Of a DNA stretch of 50,105 nucleotides, positions 1-9,683 are shown one piece after another. Positions within the stretch are counted from its first letter, which is position 1. The number at the start of each line of letters is the position of its first letter. The stretch comes from Chiloscyllium plagiosum (taxonomy: Eukaryota), in NCBI RefSeq assembly GCF_004010195.1, contig NC_057718.1, positions 54,830,583 through 54,880,687 of the forward strand, read 5' to 3'. The translations under genes and the position numbers were made by a program. Below the pieces are notes generated by a model, which made no database searches, was not told the DNA's origin, and saw only the letters and a program-made list of their open reading frames with translations.

Positions 1-431
1 CTCCTTCACTTCGAGGTCTCTGACTAATTCTGGTTCGTTACACAATACCAGATCCAGAATTGCCTTCTCCCTGGTCGGCTCCAGCACTAGCTGCTCTAAG
101 AATCCATCTCTGAGGCACTCCACACAGTCTCTTTCTTGAGGCCCCATACCATCCTGATTCTCCCAGTCTACCTGCATGTTAAAATCCCCCATAACAACTG
201 TAGTGACATCTTTGCGGCAGGCCAATTTCAGCTCCTGATTTAACTTACATCTGACATCCAGACTACTGTTTGGGGGCCTGTAGATGACTCCCAAGAGGGT
301 CTTTTTACCCTTAGTATTTCGAAGCTCTATCCACACTGACTCTACATGCCCTGATTCTAGGTCCCCCTGCGCAAGGGACTGAATATCGTCCCTTACCAAC
401 AAGGCCACCCCACCCCCTCTGCCCGTCAGTC
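1..431 (-). mobile_element. CR1-clade LINE ORF2 fragment (AP-endonuclease domain), runs off the window start
   Basis: Minus-strand translation gives VESVWIELRNTKGKKTLLGVIYRPPNS...VMGDFNMQVDW...FLEQLVLEPTREKAILDLVLCNE, the YRPP/GDFN/PTR motifs of CR1 endonucleases. Confidence 0.9.
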
Positions 432-1125
432 CTTTCCTTTCTTCCTGGTGGTGGAAATTGAATAAAGATTTGTACACCTTGTGCATTTCACTGTGTCTCA
501 CACCTGCACACATACGATATGGGTGCTGGGGACAAAATAAGCAGTTAGGAAAAAAAAGAAAAAGAAAAGAGAAAAAAAAGGAGCATCACCTGAGCCTGGG
601 TGTCTCTGGAGAAGGATCATCTGGTGTCTACCAACACCCTTGAGATGTTCAGGGAGAGGTGGCTGCCACAGGGTGTATTATTTCCTCATCCAACTCCATT
701 TTGATTTAATCCCTGCCCTCCCCTTCACTGTTTGATCACACAGCATTGCCCTTTGATGTAAAGGGCACTGCTTGTCACTGGCCACTTGGGTGTTTCTTTT
801 CTTCCTGGTGGTGGAAATTGAATAAAGATTCGTACACCTGTTATCTTTCAATGTGTCTCACACCTGCACACACACACAACATGGGTGCTGGGGAAAATAT
901 AATAAAAAGGAAAAAAAAGAAAAAAAACCAGGAGATTTAGAGTCTCCTCAGTTTCGGGTATTGTCTCTGTGCGGGCTCGTGCTACAGTCAGTGTGTTACT
1001 GCTGCTGGTGAGGAGAAGTGGACTTTCTTTGTCTTTTCCCCCTTTGTTTAGGGAAAAAAAAACAGAGTGTCATCCGAGTCCGGGTGTCTCTGGAGAAGGA
1101 GCACTTGGAGCACTCCCTTGAGCTG
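432..1125 (+). mobile_element. Tandem 3' ends of a Tx1/L1-like non-LTR element with A-rich tails
   Basis: TTCTTCCTGGTGGTGGAAATTGAATAAAGATT...CACACCTGCACAC occurs at ~439 and ~799, each followed by an A-rich tail. GGGTGTCTCTGGAGAAGGA occurs at ~598 and ~1082. The segment ~590-710 reads like a Tx1 ORF2 C-terminus (VSLEKDHLVSTNTLEMFRERW..IISSSNSILI*). Family assigned from memory of the motif. Confidence 0.55.
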
Positions 1126-1870
1126 AGGAGGTTGGATTAGTGTCAAATACTAAGGGCACGTGAATACACGGTGCCTTACTAATAGGATATTGGCCTTGTA
1201 CATGAATCTCAAAAGATTAGCACATGGTTGCAGCAAGTAATTAGGAAGACAAATATTATATATATTGCAAAGGAGATGGAGCATAAAAAAGGTTTGCTAG
1301 GATTGTATAGAGCATTAATGACATCACAACTACAATACTGCAGGCAGTTCTGTTTTCTTTATGTCAAGAGGAATATCCTTTTATTAGAAGCAGTTCAGAG
1401 AGGTTCACTAGGTTATCTTATGTGCAAAGATCAAACAGATTCATTCTGTACTAATTAGATTTAAAACAATGGAAACAAATGCAGTGAAGCTTATGGGGGG
1501 TTTGACAGAAAAGATGCCTTGAGGACTTTCGCCCACCTGCAGAAATCCAGTATAAATGCAGCATTTCCAAATGAGAGGTCACTTCTTACAAATCAACCTC
1601 TATTTGAGATTCCCACCATTCACATCTCGTTAAAAATCACACAACTCCAGTTAAAATTCACAAAATGCCAGGTTATAGTCCAACAGGTTTATTTGGAAGC
1701 ACTAGCTTTCCTAACGTTGCTCCTTCATCAGGTGGTTGTGGAGAATAAGATCATAAGACACAGAATTTACAGCAAAAGTTTACAGTGTGATGCAACTGAA
1801 ATGTTATATTGAAAAAGATCTGGATTGTTTGTTAAGTCTGTCATATTTTACAATGACCATGTTGGATTCA

Positions 1871-2037
1871 AAGTCAAAAATCACACAACACCAGGTTATA
1901 GTCCAACAGGTTTAATTGGATGATGAAGGAGCAGCGCTCCGAAAGCTAGTGCTTCCAAATAAACCTGTTGGACTATAACCTGGTGTTGTGTGATTTTTAA
2001 CTTTGTACACCCCAGTCCAACACCGGCACCTCCAAAT
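1871..2037. mobile_element. Short hairpin copy of the same Penelope-like family nested in the larger element
   Basis: AAAAATCACACAACACCAGGTTATAGTCCAACAGGTTTA pairs perfectly with TAAACCTGTTGGACTATAACCTGGTGTTGTGTGATTTTT. 13-bp TSD CATGTTGGATTCA (1858-1870) / CATGTTGGTTTCA (2038-2050). Confidence 0.8.
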
Positions 2038-2616
2038 CATGTTGGTTTCAGTTCTTTCCCATGTAAACCCAGAACTTTTTTTAAAAAGTTACATTCTCAA
2101 GTGAACTTCAACAATAGGTGTCACGTCAGCATAGATAATGCATTGAAGGTATAAGGTTAAAATCTGTCTGTCTGTTTCCCAATGTTCAGACTGATTGTAT
2201 TCTAAAAAAAGGATTTACAGAATCTTACATGGAGCCATGCAGTTTTTGAGCAAAATAAAAAGTAATTCTGCAAGTACAAATTCACCCCACAAACATATAT
2301 GTGTGTGTGGTGGGGGATGGGGGGATGAGTGTCTGTGAGACAGTGTACGTGTATGAGTGTGAGTGTAAAGGGGTAGAAGTCTGTGAGAGGGTGTGGGTGT
2401 GAGTATTGGGGGAGGTGTGTGCGTGAGCGTATGAGAGAGGGTCTGTGTGAGTGTATGTAACCTTATAAAAAAGTTCTGGGATTTACATATGAAAGAACTG
2501 AAACCAACATGGTCATTCCAAAAAATGAGAGACTTAAACAATCCAGGTCTTCTTCAATATATAATTTGTAAACCTTTGCCATAAATTCTGTGTCTTACCA
2601 TCTTATGCTCCACAAC

Positions 2617-2651
2617 CACCTGATGAAGAAATGACGCTTCGAAAGCTAGTG
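2617..2651 (+). ncRNA. Minimal type I hammerhead ribozyme motif (Penelope pLTR type)
   Basis: CAC-CTGATGA-A-GAA(ATGACGC)TTC-GAAA-GC-TA-GTG: intact CUGANGA and GAAA cores, stem I CAC/GTG, 3-bp stem II, palindromic AGCT mini stem III. Confidence 0.6.
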
Positions 2652-2744
2652 CGTCCAAATAAACCTGTTGGACTATAACCTGGTGTTGTGTGATTTTTAA
2701 CTTTGTACACCCCAGCCCAACAGCAGTACCTCCAGATTATGATT

Positions 2745-3620
2745 CGCATCTTGCGGAATAGCTGCTTCCAGATGACCGGAGTGGATCAAGAAAAAGCTGG
2801 AACGGAGCATATCCGGTGTAGGTGGTGAGGGGAGGATTAGGGAAGCTTGGAGCGGGCTGTGTTGACGGCTTGTGCCGGTGCTCTCGCTCTCTGCTGTTGG
2901 ATGTGCAGTGCGGCTAAACTAACGATTTGTTTCGGTTTATTGTTGATAATGTCAAAGGTGGGGTCAGTGGCAGCGCGATTCAAATCGATAGATTATGAAA
3001 TTAATGGCCGAGTACAGGGTAAGTGTGGGGAATATAAATAGACCCTTAAACATGTGTTCAGGACACATCGCCGCGCACCCTCTCTCGAACGCGGTATTTA
3101 TCATTTATTGTTTAAGAAATTGCGGTGCAATACATTCGCAGCCGAATTTCATTACAACCAGGAGGTTTTATTTTGTATCTAAAATAAGAAAAGGGTTAGG
3201 ATTATGGTACCTAACGCCCCTCCTACACGAACAGAGAAAGGCCGGGACTTTGCAAAGTGCTGGCTGAAAAATGACAAGACTCTTTTTGGTCGAGACCGAA
3301 TGTTAAGACAGTGCAGAAAATGCAACACTTTCACGTTTGACAAGGCCAGCGGGCGCGAGATATTTGTCTATTGTGAAAGTCGGACTTTGAGAAGCAAAAT
3401 TGAGAATAGCAACCTGGGAACTGGCATGTTTCCGGACCAGCTGAAAGCTGTGAACAATGCGTCACAAATAAGTATTTTTGTACAGCAGCTCAGGCCGAAA
3501 GTGTATGTACAAGTTTACAGTCAATGATTTCTATTCTGGTCGCTGGCGACTGTCAGAGACCTTTAACATTTGGGGGTGTCACGTGATCCTCCAGCGTATT
3601 TGCAGACGTATCCAGTCATC
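2745..3620 (+). promoter_or_regulatory. CpG-rich promoter / first-exon region of ACYP2
   Basis: CpG dinucleotides are visibly dense here (e.g. CAGCGCGATT, ATCGCCGCGCAC, GCGGGCGCGAGA) against a CpG-poor background, and the region overlaps the first coding exon. E-box GTCACGTGAT at 3578-3587. Confidence 0.7.
2949..3018 (+). CDS. ACYP2: Acylphosphatase-2, coding exon 1 (possible upstream in-frame start at 2901)
   Basis: MSKVGSVAARFKSIDYEINGRVQ(G) matches the acylphosphatase N-terminal signature (KSVDYEVFGRVQG in mammalian ACYP2). Followed by donor G|GTAAGT at 3019, phase 1. Confidence 0.92.
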
Positions 3621-4539
3621 TATTGCACAGATGCTAGAAACTGAAATAAAACGGAAAATATTCAGGTATGGTACTGTTGCTGAAAATAGAAAAAAAAAGT
3701 ACCCTTTTCAGGTTTAGGTGACCTTTTTATACCGACCCTCAAACGTTAACTTGCTTTCTCTAAAAGTTGATACCAAACCTGAATATTTCCAGTATTTTCT
3801 GTAATAGTCTAAAATGTAGTGAAGGTCTTGTTTGTACAAGACAATTTCTCCTTGCTATGATTATTTTCCTTTTAATAATATTCTTTTGGCTGAAAATAAA
3901 AATTGGAGACAAAATTTAGAGGTTTTTTTCAAAAAAGCACAGCAGCACCTAGTAAGCTTTTGAAAACCCGGTGGTGATGAATAGTAAGTCAGGTGATTAA
4001 CAATTAAAAGAAAGATAGTTAACAATTACTGAAAATGCTTTCTGAATTAAACATTCTGTCAATAAACTTGTGTTCAATTATAAATATTTCATTAAAATAC
4101 TGCAAAGTTATATTCCACATAGAATGATTAAACACTCTTCCTGTACTATCTTTAATTCTAAAATTGCCATTTTCTTCCCACTTTAATCAGTTTCCTCAGA
4201 ACAGTTGAAGCAAGCCACTTGCATTCTAAACAGTGTTCATTAGCTTCAGAATTGAAATATAAAGTCATATAAACCCTCCATTCTACAAATTTTGCTCACT
4301 TCTCCCAAATCTCAGTGATAACATTTACTGCATTATCTGAAGACTATAACTCTGATTTGTCTTTTATTTTGTGTCTAGGTCTGGATTTGGTTGCTTGTAG
4401 TCCCTAAGTCTTAAGAAATGTGAAGAATAGTTACATTGATTTCCAGTTTGTTGCCATCCACTGCATTTTCATTTCACAGAAAAAATGCAGGACTGCATAT
4501 TTCTGACACAGAAGGTTGGTGGGTGGGGGGAATGCTGGA

Positions 4540-7500
4540 AACACTGGAGACCAGGCACTATTTGTGGAAAGCGAAGCAGAGGTAATGGGCTGAACTTTCC
4601 CAATGGAGCTGGGGAACAGGAGTCCTGAGTATTTTGGGCACTGGGTTTGCCTTAGTGCAAATCTGTTTCAAGTTCACATTTTTGCATGCATGAACTCTTA
4701 ATTGACTTGGAGACTGCTTCTCTGGCGAGCAGGCTGTTGAAGCCGCAACACCAATTACAGGCTTTGGTCATGAGCAGTAAATACAATATATTAAATTTTA
4801 AAATTTGAGTAAATTGCCATTTCTCTTGTGAGGAGTGATTGGGGTACCAGATGGAGTGAAGGGAGGAAGCATATGGTAGTTTTTTTTACTTCTGTGTTTG
4901 CGTGGAAAGGTGTGGTGGAAGGCTTGAAGGTGTTTGATAGAGAAGTGGGCAAGTAATTAAGGGAATAGCACATTTGGAATGCTAAAAAAGAAGGGAAGAT
5001 GTGTTTGAATTTTGTTCACTCTGAGCAGTGAAAATAATGGAGGACAATCTGTGAATGTGGAGACTGGTGAGGTGGAAAGGAAAACACACTTGATTCTTGA
5101 AGGGAAAGGACAGCGTGAGAGCAAAAATTGAAGAATTACAGTTCATGGCCCTTGCAAATAAGCTTGAAGGGTTGTGGAAAAGGAAAATAAATTGGAACCA
5201 CTGCTGTGTAAGTTGGCATTGTAAGAACATGAGATGGAGAAACTGGGAGAATGGTGGAGAGACATTTCAGGAAGTTTGGGGGAAGAAAGTAGTCGCTTTT
5301 GGTTATAGTCAATCCTCCGGAATGATGATAGAGAAGTCCAGGGAAGGATGAGAAGAGTTGGAAATGGACCACGTTAAAGCAAAATGAGTGAAAAATTGAA
5401 ACCAAGATTACTTTTTCCAGTTCTGAGTGACAGCAATAAGCAATACCAAAAAGTTATGAAATGGAGAGAGTGGACCTGAGTAGAATTAGAATGAAGAATG
5501 TATTCCATGAAAAAATGGGCATGGTCAGGACTCAAATGGTTTTCCATCTTATACTTATTTGGATTAGATGAAAGGAAAGGATCATAAGATGCAGGAGCAG
5601 AATAAGGCCGTCTAGCCCATCAAGTTTGCTCTGCGACTGGATCAGGGGTGATATGTTTTTCAACCCCACACTCCTGCATTCTCCTTGTAACATTTGATCC
5701 CCTTACTAATCAAGACCTTGAGGGCTGACCTTACAGAGGTCTACAAACTCATAAGGGGCATGGATAGGTGAATAGGCAAGATCTTTTTCCTAGGGTGGTG
5801 GAGTCCAAACCTAGATGGCATAGGGTTTAAGGTGAGAGGGGAAAGATTTAAAAGGACTTGAGGGGTAACATTTGCATGCAGAGAGTGCATGTACGGAAAG
5901 AACTGCCAGAGGAAATGGTGGAGGTCTATATAATTAAATATTTTAAAGGTGTCTGGATGGGTATACAAATAGTGATGGTTTTGAGGGGTATAGGCCAAAT
6001 TCTGGCAAATTGGACTAGATCAGATTGGGATGTCTGGTTGGTCTGGACGAGTTGGACTGAAGTGTCTGGTTCTGTACTGTATGAATCTGATTGTCTGTGT
6101 CATAAATACACTCAACTTGGTCTCCAGAGCCGTTTGTGACAAGTTATTCCATATGTACATCACCCTTTGGCTGAAGAAATTCTTCCTCATCTCAATTCTT
6201 AAAATGTTGTCCTTTCATTCTGAGGCTGTGCCCTCAGGTACAAGTCTCTCCTACCAGTGGAAATATCTTCTCCATATCTATTCTATCCAGGCCTTTAAGT
6301 ATTCTGGTGTAAGTTGTACTATGATCTGCCTTCCCTACCCCAATCCTTCTAAATTCCAACACGTTCAGACCCAGAGTCCTCATGATAAGCTCTTCATCCC
6401 AGGGATCATTGTTGTAAGCCTCCTCTGAAAAGCTTTTGAAGGCCAGCATATCCTTCCTTAGATACGGGACCTGTAACCACTCACAATATTCTAAATGTGG
6501 TCAGATGACAACATTGGATAGTCTCAGTAGTACATGTCTGCCCTTGTATTGTGGACCTCATGAAATGATTACTAACATTGCATTTGCCTTTCTAATCACC
6601 AAATAAACCTGAATATTAACTTAGAGAATGCTGAAATAGGATTCCTTAGTCCCTTTGTGCTTCAGATTTCCAAACGTTTCCCCACTTAGAAAATAGTCTG
6701 TGCCTCTATTCTACGTGTTGAAGGAGCAGTGCTCCAAAAGCTTGTACTTCCAAATAAACCTGTTGGACTATAACCTGGTGTTGTGTGATTTTTAACTTTA
6801 TCTATTACAGTCCAACATTGGCACTTCCACAACATGTCTATTTTTTCTACCAAAGTGCACAATCTCTCACTTTCCCCCATTGTGTTCCATCAGCCACCAC
6901 TTAGACAGGCTGGGAGTGTGGACAAATCCCTTGTACAGCCTCCCTGCTTCCTCAACACAATAGTTTCTATTCAGTATAAGAATAAGTCTTAGTTTGGTGA
7001 CAAGAGTGTGGTGAATGGGAATTGTTTGGGCCTCCATTCCAAGAAGATGAGGAAGCCTCACAGAAGTGTCCTGGTAGAAATTGGAGGTTTCAAAGCCCCA
7101 AGCATCATGGGAGAAATGGAGACTGTTAGGGCTTGGAAGCTGGAAAAGGACAATGTATTAGAAGGCATTAAAATGTTGCAGATATGAGGGTTGGTGGAGG
7201 GATGAAGAGCGAGAGACGAGGAAGGAAAAGGAAAGGCAAGTAGAAAAGCTTAGCTTGGTGGGCCAAGAACAGGCTGAAAACACTATTGACCAAGACAGTT
7301 TTGTTTGCAGATCTTGGGAAGCAGGCACTGAGGGGTAGGAAGCAACTTGGGTTTCAAAGATATCCCAATGGCCTTTTCTGAATGCTTGCTTGACTATCCA
7401 CTTCTCCTGAGTGTTTGCTTGCTCCATTGACTTCTGGCCTACCTGCTTCAAATACAGTTTATACTTTTAGCCCAAATATTTTCTATGCAGGCATTTGCCA

Positions 7501-7720
7501 TGAAAGCCCCACACTACAACCATTCCCTGCTTGTCCTTTTTGCTTCTTGCCATGAAGATACCCCAAGCTGATCTGTTCAGCCCAAGTTGTCCTGTTCAGC
7601 CCAAGTTGTCAATCTATTTATTGATCCATTTGTCAGCTTGACATGCTTTTGGCTTGCCAACTTGTGAAAGAGGGCATCGTGGAAGATGAAAAAGGAGAGT
7701 GAAAAGAAATAAAATTTCCT
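4540..7720 (-). mobile_element. Old, degraded Penelope-like reverse-transcriptase remnant interrupted by younger CR1 insertions
   Basis: Minus strand near 5350-5380 gives ..TWSISNSS.. and near 5500-5548 gives ..HLSPDHAHFFMEY, resembling PLE RT motifs FTWSISDTSLPFLD and MGPSYACLFVGY. Boundaries are approximate. Confidence 0.45.
5580..6960 (-). mobile_element. CR1 LINE 3' part (minus) with a nested plus-strand HER1-like 3' end (~5720-6090) and a Penelope pLTR fragment (~6715-6830)
   Basis: Minus ORF 6234-6449 contains TYTRILKGLDRIDMEKIFPLVGET. The plus segment has AGGGCTGACCTTACAGAGGTCTACAAACTCATAAGGGGCATGGATAGGGTG and a typical CR1 tail. 6715-6800 repeats the 1921-2000 motif. Confidence 0.8.
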
Positions 7721-8821
7721 AAAGTCCGTTATTCTGGGAGGGAAGAGGGTAAAAAAAATGTAGGAAGTGTAACCAGATAAAGGGCTAGCATCTCCACAAG
7801 ACAGATACAGATGTGGAAGAAAAGAGAGATATCATCAAAGGAACAGAAAGTCAGTTTTTTTTTAAGTCTGTCAGTGCCATTCCCTTATTTAGAGAGGCTA
7901 ATTTTTTTTGGCAGGGCTTTGTCCAGAAAGTTTGTAAACTAATGAATTTGGTTTGAAAGACATTTAATGCCAGAAAAGGGGGAGATATGGAAATATCTGG
8001 AATAACCAGCAGTTTGCAAGGTGGGAACTATATGTGACGAGAGAATTGTACGTTCGTTATAAAGTCCAGAGAAACACTCAGATTCCTCATTATCACATAA
8101 AGGAAAATCTAACTGTACTAACCTCTGTCTTCAATCATGGTTGTTGCTAATCAGTTGATTAAAGTAAACCCCGCTCATCATCTGCTGCAAATTAAGTCCA
8201 TGTTCTCATGATACCAATTGGACTCTAATTCAAATGGCCTGACTCAAATGGATACCTTATCCATTTGAAATATCAGACATTTTAAGTTAGGGCTAAGAAG
8301 GAACCAGCCACAAACTCCATTTAGCTGTCACTTGTGCATGGGGAATTGAAGTTTCCATTACAGAAATTTTAAGTTGGAGGAAAATCTGGGAAATACTTTT
8401 GAAAAAATTGGGTGTTTTCATTGTGTGTATGGAATATTTATTATGAATCCCTTGTAATTTTAGAGTTTCCAATTATAAAATGTTTACAAAGGATTTTTCA
8501 AAGGTTTAATTAGGAAGTTTTATGATTTTAAGTCAACATGAAAACAATTGGAATATTCAAGAAAGCAGCTAATAGCCACCATCTCAACAGTCATTAGGAA
8601 AATGCAATAAAAACTGACCCAGTCAGTGATGTCCACAACTTGTGGAAAAAGTAATGTAAAATTTAGGAAATAACATTGGTGAAAAGCAGGCAGAGGCCAT
8701 TTGCAGATGTTTAATTCTATGTGCTTGAAACCAACCTGATATGAAATCATCTAATTTATTACACTGGCTTTTTGTTTTAGTGGGATTACATGGTTGATCT
8801 ATACTTTTTCTTTTTCCACAG

Positions 8822-8838
8822 GAGTCTGTTTCAGAATG
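8822..8838 (+). CDS. ACYP2: Acylphosphatase-2, coding exon 2 (17-nt microexon, (G)VCFRM)
   Basis: Acceptor CTTTTTCTTTTTCCACAG, then GAGTCTGTTTCAGAATG, then donor GTAAGA. It joins exon 1 (phase 1) to exon 3 (phase 0) exactly in frame and restores GRVQGVCFRMYT. Confidence 0.92.
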
Positions 8839-8976
8839 GTAAGATGACTGCTGCGGAATCATTTAATATTCTTAAAAATCAGTAAAGCAGAGGTTTGTAA
8901 TTTGTTGGGATAAACATTTTTTTGAATTTATGGGTAACTTCTAATTCTTTTAATAAATAACACCTGTTGTTGCTTC

Positions 8977-9683
8977 TGTTACGACACAATGGTGAACGCT
9001 TCTGTTAATTAAACCAAACACACAGAAAAGCTGACCTCGCCTCGTAACCTGTTAAAGAATGTGTGACAGAGAACTCCCAAATTCCACTATTTAAAGAAAA
9101 AAAAAATCAATTTATTCTATAACTCCAACAGTGAACATTAAACAACAACCACTTACAATTCTATGCCTCCTTTCTCTTAAATGCTTGTTATCTGCCTCCA
9201 ACTCTATAACAATATTCCATTCCCATAAAAACCCTTATTAAAATTACACCAAATTAACGCAGTGGCAGTTGTCATCTATGTCTATCTTCCTCTGGCTGAA
9301 GATCTCCCTGAGCCTCGGTCTTTTGCTGCAAAGGTGTTTCATATGAAAAAGGTACCTTTGACAGAGAGTGTTTTGAATGGAAGCTTACTCTCTGTCTAAC
9401 TTTCAAATGTTTGCTTCTTTATCCCCCAACATCAGATCATCTCATTGGTTCAAGGTTGGCAAAAACAATAAATTCAAACTCAATTTGGTTTTTGTATCCT
9501 GGGATATAATTGTTGTCAAAACAACTCTGGGATCTATTTCACAGTGAAATGGTGTATATTTTCAATTTTCCAGTACACTCTAAGACTGCTAGCCAGTCAT
9601 GTGACAGGTGCTTGTAAACTCTCATTGCAAAACAGCATTCATTCCCTCTTAAAGGTATAGTACACACCTTCATCTTCATAACA
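8977..9683 (-). mobile_element. Solo LTR (Gypsy-type), 707 bp
   Basis: Termini TGTTACGA...TCATAACA form a short inverted repeat (TG..CA). Flanks CTTC/CATC are an imperfect 4-bp TSD. AATAAA lies on the minus strand near 9110. Its reverse complement matches both ends of 48372-49075. Confidence 0.75.

Larger units (their letters stand above)
1630..2741. mobile_element. Penelope-like non-autonomous fold-back element (long inverted arms) with an imperfect 12-bp TSD
   Basis: Left arm (CCAGGTTATAGTCCAACAGGTTTATTTGGAAGCACTAGCTTTC...GACCATGTTGG) is the reverse complement of the right arm ~2490-2700. Flanks are ATTCACATCTCG (1618-1629) and ATTCGCATCTTG (2742-2753). The arms carry hammerhead-like motifs. 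Confidence 0.75.

Noticed and set aside
2847..3041. ORF-track 64-aa protein as a complete gene
   Set aside because: It starts at TTG and reads through the GTAAGT donor at 3019. Only 2949 (or 2901) to 3018 is exon.
2995..3717. Overlapping ORFs of 79-107 aa downstream of exon 1
   Set aside because: They lie in the CpG-rich start of intron 1, with no recognisable domain or convincing splice structure.
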